Source: a virus. Taken from it: a stretch of 64,000 nt of DNA. The DNA lies in the IMG/VR virus record IMGVR_UViG_3300032047_002388, positions 1 to 64,000 of that record; one strand, 5' to 3'. Below are positions 37,965 to 48,141 of this stretch, in pieces (the stretch's first letter is position 1; every line of letters starts with the position of its first letter). Made by a program: the position numbers and the translations under genes. The notes below the pieces were generated by a model. It worked only from the letters and a program-made list of their open reading frames with translations. It made no database searches and was not told the origin of the DNA.

Positions 37965-39404
37965 ATGGCACAGATATTTCCAACACCGAACAATGTAAAC
38001 ACTCAACCTATATCAAGAAGGGTTAGTGATAAGTTTAAGAAAATAAAAACTACAACTAACTTAGAAAAGATAAGCATTGTTAACGATTACCCAGTCATTA
38101 GAGGTAGAGAAGAGGATGGAAGTCCAGAAAACATTATATCCTACGCTAAAAGGATTAGAGACCACTACAATATTAAAACATCTGATGAAACAAAACACAA
38201 AGGTGTTCTTACTCCTCCTCATACTCAAGGTGTTGATTACTTTACAAACACAATAAATAGATTATCTCAATTTTATATTGCACCTGATAACTATAATGTA
38301 CCCCTACCAGAACCATTTGGTTATAGAGGATTTGAAGAATGGAAACAAGGTGCTACATTAGTAGAACGTAATTTTGCTGGTAATGCAACTTCATTTAGAT
38401 TTGTTATAGAATTCTTCGAAACTGGTAACAGATATTATAGTAGAAGATTAAGAGATGATTTAAATGAAGCAGACCAAAATGGTAATCCATATTTTACAAA
38501 ACATCTTATACCAACTATTATGATTCAATTGAATCAATTACAAAATTACCAAAAGGCATTCTGGCCACTAGAGGCTGTATGGGATGTACAAGTTCTTGAT
38601 TCACTAGGAAGTGGTTCAACTACTGAGTCTAACGAAATAGAAGTAGTTCAATATATAGATGCGTTGTTAAAAGGTCAACCAGTAACTAGAGATAACAAAT
38701 TAAAATCACCATACAAGAAAGGTACTGTTATATCTACCCATTGGTTTTCTCAAAATCCAAGAGGACTTGGAGATGATGAAACTGCATCATTCCTCGATGT
38801 AGATTTAAGTGGTGGAACAGATGCCGTAGATTCAGCAGGAGATACTGGAGTTGCAGAACCAACGCCAGGTGGAGGAGGAAGTACTCGAACAGTACAAGCA
38901 GATGATGGAACAGATGTTAACATTAGAGGAAATACTGGTAACCTAACAGACCAAGAAGTAGCAAATATATCAGCTGATTTAGGATTCGGACCTGGTACAG
39001 ACGAAACAACTACTGGTACAACATTTGCAGTAGATACTGATGGTGATGGTGAAATTGAATCTATTCTTAATCTAAACGATGACCCTAACTTCGAAACAAC
39101 ATTTGACCCATTTGGAAACGCTATTGGTAACAATGATACTTTTGGTGCAGCTGCAATATTAGGTAACAATTTATCTAATCTACAATCAGACGTACAAAAC
39201 TATAACAACACACAACCTTTAGGTGTTGGTGGTGCTCAAGGAAATTATGCTCCATTTGGTACACCAGGTGAATTCTCATATCAAACGAAATATTTTCAAG
39301 GAACAGAATATATTTGGAATAGAATGAATTCAGGTAAATGGGAGCCAACTTTCACTGCAAGTGGATTTGGTGGATTTGGCTTTAGTGGTGGACTCACCTT
39401 TTAA
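37965..39404 (+). CDS. probable virion/structural protein with G/T/D-rich C-half
   Basis: late-type motif upstream; low-complexity acidic/Gly region. Confidence 0.55.
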   Translation: MAQIFPTPNNVNTQPISRRVSDKFKKIKTTTNLEKISIVNDYPVIRGREEDGSPENIISYAKRIRDHYNIKTSDETKHKGVLTPPHTQGVDYFTNTINRLSQFYIAPDNYNVPLPEPFGYRGFEEWKQGATLVERNFAGNATSFRFVIEFFETGNRYYSRRLRDDLNEADQNGNPYFTKHLIPTIMIQLNQLQNYQKAFWPLEAVWDVQVLDSLGSGSTTESNEIEVVQYIDALLKGQPVTRDNKLKSPYKKGTVISTHWFSQNPRGLGDDETASFLDVDLSGGTDAVDSAGDTGVAEPTPGGGGSTRTVQADDGTDVNIRGNTGNLTDQEVANISADLGFGPGTDETTTGTTFAVDTDGDGEIESILNLNDDPNFETTFDPFGNAIGNNDTFGAAAILGNNLSNLQSDVQNYNNTQPLGVGGAQGNYAPFGTPGEFSYQTKYFQGTEYIWNRMNSGKWEPTFTASGFGGFGFSGGLTF

Positions 39405-39414
39405 ATAATAAGTT

Positions 39415-39768
39415 ATGAAATATAATTGGTATTACATAGGACTGGCAATCGTCCTTTATATGATTGGCCAAACTGCAGTATGGTTTCAACACAACTGGCA
39501 GTTCAAAGACCCAAGTAAATCTCCATCATGGTGGGGATGGTATCTAATGGCAATCCCACTAACATGGGTATTCCTACAAGCAACAAAAGTTGGTGTAGAA
39601 GGATTCGGAGGTAATCTCTGGCCAAATAGATTTATTGGGTTTGTAGTTGGTATGGTATCTTATATACTATTAACAAATCACTTTTTCAATGAACCAGTTA
39701 CACCAAAGATTGCAGTACAGTTGGGACTAGCATTTTCTATATTATTAGTACAGTTATTTTGGAAGTAA
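39415..39768 (+). CDS. 4-TM membrane protein (DMT/SMR-like)
   Basis: four hydrophobic helices, FFNEPVT loop. Confidence 0.6.
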   Translation: MKYNWYYIGLAIVLYMIGQTAVWFQHNWQFKDPSKSPSWWGWYLMAIPLTWVFLQATKVGVEGFGGNLWPNRFIGFVVGMVSYILLTNHFFNEPVTPKIAVQLGLAFSILLVQLFWK

Positions 39769-39783
39769 ATAATATTTATAGAT

Positions 39784-40143
39784 ATGAAGAATGTTTACAA
39801 GAAGGTGGGATGGAGAAAACATTTAGTACCAAACCAAAGGGAATGGATTACTGAATATATGAACACGCATGGTGTTGATTTTTACACTAGAGCAATAGAC
39901 CTTATCAACATGGCATGGAAATACAATAGAAAAGAAATTGTATTAGCAAAGTTTATAAAAACAAATATATGTGTTGTTGTTCAACGTAAAGATTATGAAA
40001 TAGCAATGAAATATTGCATGATGTGGTTAGAACATAAAGAAGAATATGAATACTGTGCTATCGTTAGGGATTATCTAAGTGAAAGAAAAACTAAATCTAA
40101 AAAATTATCTTTTGAAGAACAAATTCACAGTTTAATATCATAA
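39784..40143 (+). CDS. hypothetical protein with UVR-like tail
   Basis: KEEYEYCAIVRD; ATATTTATA at 39772. Confidence 0.6.
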   Translation: MKNVYKKVGWRKHLVPNQREWITEYMNTHGVDFYTRAIDLINMAWKYNRKEIVLAKFIKTNICVVVQRKDYEIAMKYCMMWLEHKEEYEYCAIVRDYLSERKTKSKKLSFEEQIHSLIS

Positions 40144-40157
40144 AATACATTTATCAG

Positions 40158-40166
40158 ATACTTATA
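40158..40166 (+). promoter_or_regulatory. putative late promoter ATAYTTATA
   Basis: ATACTTATA, intergenic. Confidence 0.5.
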
Positions 40167-40194
40167 TAAAGAACAGCAATAAGAAAGAAATTAA

Positions 40195-42549
40195 ATGAAA
40201 GGTACACTATTTTCTAGTGATTTTATCATCGATGAATCTAATAATCTAAGATTACTAGAGTTTAATACAGACTCTGGTTTTATATCAGATACATTAGCTT
40301 CTCGTTTTGATTTTACTGATTTCATATCAGTACTATCTAGTAACAACATCACTAAACTATCGATTTTATATAAGAGTTGGCACAGAGAATTTGTTGACCA
40401 CTTAAACCAAGCAATTGAAAATGATGCAACTTTCATAACAGAATTTTCAAAGATAGAAGAAGCAGAACATACTGTATATCCAACAAACGTAACCGATGAA
40501 TCAGATAGATTTATTCTAAGAATATGTTACGATGAAAATGCAATATTCGATAGTACCTATTGTAAACAAAGAGTTGAAGTTTTAAAATTATTCCACGATA
40601 ATGATGCAACTGGTTCAATACCAGAGTTTAGAGCTAGTGGTAGTAATTGGGAAGGTACTTCAATGTCATCATCATTAAATCTAACAGCAAATTATCCTGA
40701 TTTAGCAGTAAAAGATTTAAGTGAGAATCACAATCCATTGCAGTTTGCTAAGTTCAACTCTACGTTATCATCAGAATCATCTTCGGCTGATTTACTTGAA
40801 GATTATTGGTGGAACTACTTAGATAGAAGTGACCAATACATGGAAAAGTATCACACCAATCCAACTCAAGTATCGAATGGTAAACAACAAACAGTACGAG
40901 AGTATGGTATCTTATATGGTAGTACTATTGAGTATGTAAGAATTGGTAGTTATACAATCGATTCTTTACTGCCAGTTGTTGATATATCTGGTTATGATGA
41001 TGCCAATAAAGCAGCAGATAATATACCAAACAAACATTACTTTGAATATACAACTAACTTTATCAGAACTAAGAATTGGAAAGATTCATTATTAGATTCA
41101 GAGGTTATAGTTAAATCAGATGGTTCATTTGTTTCGGTTGATGAAGCAATCATAGGTGATAATATAAAATCATATATTGTAAGTGGTTCACCTGATACTG
41201 ATGATGTAGATGTATTTGGTTCTTGGTCTTATGATGGTTCAACACTTCCATCGGGTTCTGAAGTAACATCATCTAATATCACATCTTTCAGTTCTGAATC
41301 ATTAGTATATGGAACTGGTATAGAACTTGTATTACCAACTGAAGAAACTATATATTTTGCACCATATAAAAACATATTAACATATAACTCATCATCCGAT
41401 GAATTTAAGTTTAAATCAGCACATACACTTCTACCAGGAGATGGTGGGGATTATCTTATAGATGGAACAGGTGGATTAATACCAATATCACAATCTAATA
41501 CATTTATATTAAACGATTCAAATCAAAATGAATATTATCAAGTTGACGTTGAGACAACCGATACATTCTTTATTTCTGCTTCAACTCCATTTGTAGTACA
41601 CAACGCACCATGTTTTATCGCAGGTACTAAAGTTCATATAGAAGAAAAAGGAATAACAAACATAGAAGATGTAGAAGTTGGTGATAAAGTAATTTCATAT
41701 AATCACGATACTGATACTGTTGAGTATAGAGAAGTTTTAAAAGTTAGAGAACAAGAAGGTAAGAATGTTGTAACTTATATATTTGAAAATGGTACAACAC
41801 TTAGTGCTACACCCGACCACCCATTGTTTGTAAATGGTAAAGGATATTCATCTTACTATCCTAAACAAACAAAAGAAGATAGTGGATTTGATGTAGAACA
41901 AATATTATTAGGAGATGAGGTTTTACACATGGACGGGTATGGTGTTGTTATAGATGATATAATAGAAGAACCAGTTACTCATACTGTATATAACCTAGAA
42001 GAAGTAGATGGTAATAATAATTTCTTTGTAGAAAATCTTCTTGCACATAATAGATATCTAACACCTCAAACTTGTTTTGCAGCAGGTACTCAAATCTCAT
42101 TATCAAATGGTGATGTTAAAGATATAGAAGATATAGTTGTAGGTGATGAAGTATTAGGATGGGATGGAGATACGATAGATTCAGCTGAAGTAATAGCAAT
42201 AGACCACAGACATACAGTTGGTTCTCACGCAGATGCTTGTGAATCAATAGGAGATGTACCTTCACTATATACAATAAATGATACTGAAATAGAATTCACA
42301 CCAGAACATCCATTCTTAACTAAAGAAGGTTGGAAATCACTAGTACCAGACCCTAAACAAGAACCATACCTATCAAGTGGAGAATTAAAAATATTAAAAA
42401 TAGGTGATTATATAAACAAAGATGGTGAATGGATAGAGATAGAAGATATAAGAATCATTCGTTCAGATGCAGAAGAACCAGTTTATAATATTACAGTTGA
42501 TAAGTTACATTCTTATATAGCAAATGGAATAATCGTACACAATAAATAA
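40195..42549 (+). CDS. multi-Hint (intein-like) polyprotein with ATP-grasp-like N-terminal region
   Basis: three ..HN ends (VVHN, LAHN, IVHN), CFIAGT and CFAAGT starts, TPDHP/TPEHP block B; N-terminal DFIIDESNNLRLLEFNT. Confidence 0.85.
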   Translation: MKGTLFSSDFIIDESNNLRLLEFNTDSGFISDTLASRFDFTDFISVLSSNNITKLSILYKSWHREFVDHLNQAIENDATFITEFSKIEEAEHTVYPTNVTDESDRFILRICYDENAIFDSTYCKQRVEVLKLFHDNDATGSIPEFRASGSNWEGTSMSSSLNLTANYPDLAVKDLSENHNPLQFAKFNSTLSSESSSADLLEDYWWNYLDRSDQYMEKYHTNPTQVSNGKQQTVREYGILYGSTIEYVRIGSYTIDSLLPVVDISGYDDANKAADNIPNKHYFEYTTNFIRTKNWKDSLLDSEVIVKSDGSFVSVDEAIIGDNIKSYIVSGSPDTDDVDVFGSWSYDGSTLPSGSEVTSSNITSFSSESLVYGTGIELVLPTEETIYFAPYKNILTYNSSSDEFKFKSAHTLLPGDGGDYLIDGTGGLIPISQSNTFILNDSNQNEYYQVDVETTDTFFISASTPFVVHNAPCFIAGTKVHIEEKGITNIEDVEVGDKVISYNHDTDTVEYREVLKVREQEGKNVVTYIFENGTTLSATPDHPLFVNGKGYSSYYPKQTKEDSGFDVEQILLGDEVLHMDGYGVVIDDIIEEPVTHTVYNLEEVDGNNNFFVENLLAHNRYLTPQTCFAAGTQISLSNGDVKDIEDIVVGDEVLGWDGDTIDSAEVIAIDHRHTVGSHADACESIGDVPSLYTINDTEIEFTPEHPFLTKEGWKSLVPDPKQEPYLSSGELKILKIGDYINKDGEWIEIEDIRIIRSDAEEPVYNITVDKLHSYIANGIIVHNK

Positions 42550-42551
42550 TC

Positions 42552-42692
42552 ATGGCAGATAAACCAATCATATATAAAAAAGTAAGTAATCCTTACACAA
42601 GAACTAACAATAGTTTGACAAGTGACCAACAAACAAAGGCCACAAACATCATCGGTCAATTTATAACTTACTTTAAAGCAAAACACTTATAG
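42552..42692 (+). CDS. small hypothetical protein (46 aa)
   Basis: own translation MADKPIIYKK...FKAKHL, 2 nt after the Hint gene. Confidence 0.6.
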   Translation: MADKPIIYKKVSNPYTRTNNSLTSDQQTKATNIIGQFITYFKAKHL

Positions 42693-42711
42693 TTAAACTT
42701 AAATTTCCATT

Positions 42712-43485
42712 ATGAGTAAATTATGGAATTTTAATTTACCCTTCTTTCATGGGAAATCCACAACAATAGATTGGATTCCAAACGATTCAAAAAAAGAGTT
42801 TGAGAAACACATCAGTATGTATCCTGATTCTGAGCATTTGAATAACTACAAAAACAATCCAATTAAATACAAACTAAATAACTATGGATTCAGAACAGAT
42901 GATGATTTCTTTGATGGGGATATAGGTACAGTTTACTTAGGATGTTCTCATACTTTTGGACTTGGACATTATTTAGAAAATACGTGGTCTTATAAACTCC
43001 ACCAAAAAGTTGGTGAGGGTAAATTTTTTAATCTTTCTTGCGGAGGGATAGGACTCACATCTCAATATTATTTTCTAAAATACTTTTCAGATATGTTAAA
43101 TATAAAAAAAGTATATCACTATTATCCACCAGAAGTTCGTTACAGATATGGGTTTATGAATGGTGATGGAAAGATAGATGTTTTTGCAAAGTATTTTGAT
43201 GAAGAAACATCTTCTGTTGATACAGAACTATGGAAAAAATATTTAGTACATGAAACTCATAATGAATTCCATAACAAGTTACATTTAGATGCAATAACTG
43301 GTCTTTGTTCTTTGATTGAATGTGATTATATACGAGTAGAAAATTCCTATATGAATGATAAATTTTGTGACGCGTATCATAAAGAACTTACACCCTCCAG
43401 AGATTTGTTACATCCATATGTAGAAAGACATGATAAGATAGTTGATAATTTTTTAAAATTAAATCGTAATAACTCTGTAATATGA
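42712..43485 (+). CDS. SGNH-like protein
   Basis: NNYGFR, LGCSHTFG, FNLSCGG, RDLLHP. Confidence 0.6.
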   Translation: MSKLWNFNLPFFHGKSTTIDWIPNDSKKEFEKHISMYPDSEHLNNYKNNPIKYKLNNYGFRTDDDFFDGDIGTVYLGCSHTFGLGHYLENTWSYKLHQKVGEGKFFNLSCGGIGLTSQYYFLKYFSDMLNIKKVYHYYPPEVRYRYGFMNGDGKIDVFAKYFDEETSSVDTELWKKYLVHETHNEFHNKLHLDAITGLCSLIECDYIRVENSYMNDKFCDAYHKELTPSRDLLHPYVERHDKIVDNFLKLNRNNSVI

Positions 43486-44156
43486 TTTTTTGTACTTTAT
43501 GTGTTGGTATTGATTGGTGTGAAAAACATTCTCAAGCTATTAATGATATAGGAGAGAATCATACAATATATGTTTATACAGATTGTCCACATTACTTTCC
43601 AAACTGTAATATAATTCAATACACACGAAGTGATTTTAGTTACTTTGAAAAGTTGGTTTTGTTATTTAATGTAATGGATGAGTGTAATGAAAGAGTTACA
43701 TACTTTGATTGTGATTCTACAAAAAGAAACCAAGTTCAACTAATGTTAAATGGATTAAATCAGCCATTCGATAACAAATCAATATACACATATAAAGTAT
43801 TTAAGAATGTAGAATATTCAATGGAACATTTATCAACAGACCCATCTTTATATACTTTAATGAATGTTTACAGAGAACTAGGATTTAAAGATGTTAGATG
43901 TAACTATCCTCACGAAAGAATATTATCATTACCTTTCATACCTAAGAAATATAAAAAACTAAAAGAAAAGGTTTTAAACGTACAACCAATTTGGGAAAAG
44001 AATTGGTCTATGGGAAAATCTTGGATAGGAACTCATCCATGTAATAAATGGTCACAATGTGGTTGTGGATATGCCGAGGGAGGTGCACTATCCATATATG
44101 CTAAAGAACTAAAAATAAATTTAGAACCTATTCTTCCAATAACCACATTATTCTAA
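43482..44156 (+). CDS. glycosyltransferase-A-like protein
   Basis: TLCVG, YTD, YFDCD (DxD), GYAEGGAL; paralog of 45189. Confidence 0.5.
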   Translation: MIFCTLCVGIDWCEKHSQAINDIGENHTIYVYTDCPHYFPNCNIIQYTRSDFSYFEKLVLLFNVMDECNERVTYFDCDSTKRNQVQLMLNGLNQPFDNKSIYTYKVFKNVEYSMEHLSTDPSLYTLMNVYRELGFKDVRCNYPHERILSLPFIPKKYKKLKEKVLNVQPIWEKNWSMGKSWIGTHPCNKWSQCGCGYAEGGALSIYAKELKINLEPILPITTLF

Positions 44157-44185
44157 TATTTATACTTAGAACTAATACTGTTACT

Positions 44186-44701
44186 ATGAATAAAGCAGAC
44201 TATGTTCAGATGCGAATATATGCACCTGATTTTAAAATGCCATGTGAACTTGATGATAGATACTCCTATATTGAGATTTCAGAATATTCCCACGAAAAAG
44301 ATTTACTGAAAATAATCGATAGTATTAACGAAACACTATCTGATTGGAAAACCAGACCTGATGTTGATAATCTTAAAAAAAGATTTGAAGCAGGGAGTTC
44401 TTGTTTTATACAATATTTTAAAGGAGAAGTAACTGGTTGGTTTTGGACTTGTAATTTCTTAACACACGATTGGGTTGAAAAGGTAAAAGATTTACCAACA
44501 CCAAACTCAAACTATTCAGGTGGAACATATGTAATTAAAAAAGTTGCACCTAGAAATGCGGGATATCAACTATATGCATACTGTATTGAGAAAGTAATGA
44601 GTAGAACTGATTATGGATATGCGTATGTAGATAAATGGAACAAAGCACCAATCAGATTAAACTTTAATTGTGGAGCTACTTATATAGATAACTTACTATG
44701 A
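44186..44701 (+). CDS. GNAT-like acetyltransferase
   Basis: RNAGYQL...YVDKWNKAPIRL; ATATTTATA at 44156. Confidence 0.5.
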   Translation: MNKADYVQMRIYAPDFKMPCELDDRYSYIEISEYSHEKDLLKIIDSINETLSDWKTRPDVDNLKKRFEAGSSCFIQYFKGEVTGWFWTCNFLTHDWVEKVKDLPTPNSNYSGGTYVIKKVAPRNAGYQLYAYCIEKVMSRTDYGYAYVDKWNKAPIRLNFNCGATYIDNLL

Positions 44702-45189
44702 TTTACAAAATATCAGAAGAAGAAGTTTCTACATTGGAAAATCTAATTAGTACTACGAGTAAAAGTAAGGATAACCAAGAAGAACAATTAACAGAGACAC
44801 AAGATTATATCAACAATCGTAGGTATGTATTGCCAGATATTGATATAGAATATTATTCTACTGATAATAAAGAACTAAACAAAAAACTTTCAGAGATTTT
44901 AAAGGTAGATGATGTAGTACCAATTACAATACATAAGTTCAAATATGAAAATGGTGCACATTCAAAAAGACACAATGATGTTAACTCTAATCAAACATTT
45001 GTAATAATATTAGAAGATGATTATGAGGGAGGTGATTTTTATTTAAATGATGAGTTAACTGATTTTAGAAATAGAGGAGATGTTGCAACTTATGTGGGTA
45101 AAGAAAGTCCTCACTATGTAACTCCAATAACAAAAGGAACCCGAACTGTATTAGTAGTTTGGTATCCTAAAAAAGATACACTAATATAA
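44698..45189 (+). CDS. 2OG-Fe(II) oxygenase
   Basis: HND, YEGGDF, HYVTPITKGTR. Confidence 0.8.
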   Translation: MIYKISEEEVSTLENLISTTSKSKDNQEEQLTETQDYINNRRYVLPDIDIEYYSTDNKELNKKLSEILKVDDVVPITIHKFKYENGAHSKRHNDVNSNQTFVIILEDDYEGGDFYLNDELTDFRNRGDVATYVGKESPHYVTPITKGTRTVLVVWYPKKDTLI

Positions 45190-45821
45190 TGATAGAATTT
45201 GCAACATTATGTGTGGGTAAGGAATGGTGTTATGAATGGAAGGATGATATAAATAATTTTTCTGAATCACATAAACTACATTTACTTACAGATTGTAGAA
45301 GTTGGTTTGATTTCCAAACATACAGCTACAAGAGTAAACAATTTAGTTATTATGATAAACTTATATTTTTATTGGATTTAATGCAATTAAAAAAACAAAG
45401 AATTACTTATCTTGATGTAGATAAGTTACAACTTTATAATAACATTGATTACGATAATAAATCTTGTTATGTTTATAATACAATACAAACACCAATAATA
45501 TCAGAAGTGTTTGAATCAACAAGAAAAGAAATACATGATTACTTAGATATAGAAAATGAATCTGATGTATATACTCAAGAGGCATTAATATCTTTACCAT
45601 ATACATCTCAATTTAAAAATATAAAAAAAGATATATTAGAATTAAGAGGTATAGTAGAGAGAAATTTTGGTAATAGAGAATGGGATAATCCAAAATTAAA
45701 CAGATACAGTAAACATGGAATAGGTTATGGTGAAGGAAGTGCATTAACAGCAGTGTTATTAAAATACAACATAGATATAGTTAATGTGTATTCTAGTTTT
45801 AGGAGAGAAGTAATAATTTAA
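45189..45821 (+). CDS. glycosyltransferase-A-like protein
   Basis: TLCVG, LTD, YLDVD, GYGEGSAL; paralog of 43482. Confidence 0.5.
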   Translation: MIEFATLCVGKEWCYEWKDDINNFSESHKLHLLTDCRSWFDFQTYSYKSKQFSYYDKLIFLLDLMQLKKQRITYLDVDKLQLYNNIDYDNKSCYVYNTIQTPIISEVFESTRKEIHDYLDIENESDVYTQEALISLPYTSQFKNIKKDILELRGIVERNFGNREWDNPKLNRYSKHGIGYGEGSALTAVLLKYNIDIVNVYSSFRREVII

Positions 45822-45833
45822 AGAAAGGCTATA

Positions 45834-46499
45834 ATGGCAACACAAAATGTTAACAAACAACCCCCAAAGGGTAAAGTACGATTTTCAATATCATTATCAG
45901 AAGAACAAAAGATGGCTAAGACAAATATCTTATATCATCCTTATAACTTTGTTCTCGGAAAAGCTGGTAGTGGTAAAACGTTACTTGCAGTACAAATTGG
46001 ATTAGATATGTACTTTCAACGAAAGATAAACCAAATCATTATAACAAGACCAACAGTATCAAATGAAGATAATGGATACCTACCAGGTTCACTTGATGAA
46101 AAGATGGAGCCTTGGTTAGTTCCAATTCGTTCTAATATGAGAAAGGTGTATAACAAACCAACTATATTACAGAAGATGGAATCTGATGAGAAGATTGAGT
46201 TAGTATCCCTATCTCACTTTAGAGGAAGAACATTTGATAATGCTTGTGTAATAGTAGATGAGTTTCAAAACTTAACTAAACAACAACTTAGTATGGTGTT
46301 GGGTAGATTAGGTAAAGGTTCTACTATGATACTTTGTGGAGACCCTCAACAAATTGATTTAAAGTTTGCTAATGATTCAGCAATACACGAAGTACCAAAG
46401 GTTAAAGAATCTAAATATGTTTATTCAGTTAACTTATTAGATAATCATAGACATGAATCATTAGATGAGATATTAAGATTACTACAAGAATACGCATAA
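45834..46499 (+). CDS. phoH: PhoH-family ATPase
   Basis: GKAGSGKT, GYLPG, RGRTF, DEFQN, GDPQQID. Confidence 0.92.
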   Translation: MATQNVNKQPPKGKVRFSISLSEEQKMAKTNILYHPYNFVLGKAGSGKTLLAVQIGLDMYFQRKINQIIITRPTVSNEDNGYLPGSLDEKMEPWLVPIRSNMRKVYNKPTILQKMESDEKIELVSLSHFRGRTFDNACVIVDEFQNLTKQQLSMVLGRLGKGSTMILCGDPQQIDLKFANDSAIHEVPKVKESKYVYSVNLLDNHRHESLDEILRLLQEYA

Positions 46500-47285
46500 A
46501 TGTATAGTTACACTTTGTACAATAACGATTGTGTTTTAGATAAAACAACTAACACTATAATTTATAAAGAAGATAGTGAGTGGAAGTTATATGAAAAATG
46601 GAAGAAGGATAATGCTGAAGCTGCTGAGCATGCATGGGCAAGTAAACACAATTTACTATTATGGAACAAAGGTGAACCTATATTAAAAGATGGTGTAAAA
46701 TCATATTATGATAAAGATGGGTTTCTAATAAAAAAAGAAACTACAAATAAAATAGATTATTACAATGCAGATGTTATTTACAAAACTGAACACATTGAAA
46801 ATGACAGAATTGTTTTAATAAAAAAATATTCAGAAAACAAAATATTGTATGAAGAAAAAAACTTTAAATTAAAAACACATAAGGAGTTTGATATAGGAAC
46901 AGGTTCAATTGTTTATTACAAAAAAACCAAAGGAGATTTAGAATATGAAGTTTGGTATGATAATAAAATTGTAATCAAATCTTTCTTGAGAAAATTAGAT
47001 AAAATATTAAAGTTTACAGAATACTTTACTGGTATGAATTCTGTTAGTAAAAAATTACATTATTCAAATAACAATATGTATAAGTGTACCACATACTATA
47101 CATCTGGTCAAGTTAGGGGATGTGGTTTAATATCCAACGATGATAAGATGCAAGGTGAGTGGATATTCTATCATCACAACAATGAGGTTGAATCTAAACA
47201 CAACTTTAGTGATGGTAAGTTAATTGGTAAATCATTTTTGTTTTACGAAAATGGAAAGTTATATAAAGAAGTAAATCATGATTAG
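46500..47285 (+). CDS. MORN-variant/YwqK-like repeat protein
   Basis: YYTSGQ, GEWIFYH, FYENGKL repeats. Confidence 0.6.
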   Translation: MYSYTLYNNDCVLDKTTNTIIYKEDSEWKLYEKWKKDNAEAAEHAWASKHNLLLWNKGEPILKDGVKSYYDKDGFLIKKETTNKIDYYNADVIYKTEHIENDRIVLIKKYSENKILYEEKNFKLKTHKEFDIGTGSIVYYKKTKGDLEYEVWYDNKIVIKSFLRKLDKILKFTEYFTGMNSVSKKLHYSNNNMYKCTTYYTSGQVRGCGLISNDDKMQGEWIFYHHNNEVESKHNFSDGKLIGKSFLFYENGKLYKEVNHD

Positions 47286-48141
47286 TTTTATTATAGCATT
47301 TGCTAGTAAAGGTGATAATTTATATCGATGGAAAGATACTGATGAGGGGATGATAATATTATCCACAATACTCTGTATTAAAAACATAAATAAGATATTT
47401 GATGTACCTAAAGAAATTATATTAGTTGACAACACTAATAGCTTTCCCAATATAGAAATCCCAAATCTTAAGATAGTAAAAGGATTACAATACAAAAAAG
47501 AATTTACAGAAGAAGAAATTTCAAAGTACAAGATAGATGATGTAACTAATCATAGTATGTGGGCATCAATTGCTTACAATATAGGTATCGAACATTCTAT
47601 CGGAGATTACATTGTACTACAACATAACGATATATTTTATCACGAGAATCTTTTACCAACTCTACGCGATATATTGGAGTATAATGAGTATGTTTCGGTA
47701 GATTCTAAACACCTTAGTTTGACAGGATATTTAGGGAATAAAGATATTATTGATTCACTAGATATTGATTTTGAAATTGGATATGAAAATGGGGGATATG
47801 TAAAACAAAAGCTATTTGGATTAGCAGATGCATATTTCTTTATGTGTAAAAAAGAATTCTTTGATGATTATTCTGTTGATTGGGGATATGGGGATACAAA
47901 TCATGGAGCAACAATAAAATGTTTAACTAATGGAGATTCTTTCTTACATATAGAACCATTCTTTGGAAACAGTAATTATATTACTGATGATTCAAACTCA
48001 TATATTCTTTTTGGTAAAAAATTTATCACACATCTAAAAGGCGGGTTTTCAGAAAATAAACTATCGTTTAAAAAAGAAAACAACGAATATAATATGGATG
48101 AAACAAACAACTATATAGAACAACTTAAACAACTATCATGA
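47278..48141 (+). CDS. glycosyltransferase family 2-like
   Basis: EIILVDN, AYNIGIEHSIGDYIVLQHND. Confidence 0.75.
   Translation: MISFIIAFASKGDNLYRWKDTDEGMIILSTILCIKNINKIFDVPKEIILVDNTNSFPNIEIPNLKIVKGLQYKKEFTEEEISKYKIDDVTNHSMWASIAYNIGIEHSIGDYIVLQHNDIFYHENLLPTLRDILEYNEYVSVDSKHLSLTGYLGNKDIIDSLDIDFEIGYENGGYVKQKLFGLADAYFFMCKKEFFDDYSVDWGYGDTNHGATIKCLTNGDSFLHIEPFFGNSNYITDDSNSYILFGKKFITHLKGGFSENKLSFKKENNEYNMDETNNYIEQLKQLS

Noticed and set aside
40195-42549. Classical mobile inteins in a host gene
   Set aside because: No homing endonuclease, no Cys/Ser/Thr at +1, and almost no extein between domains
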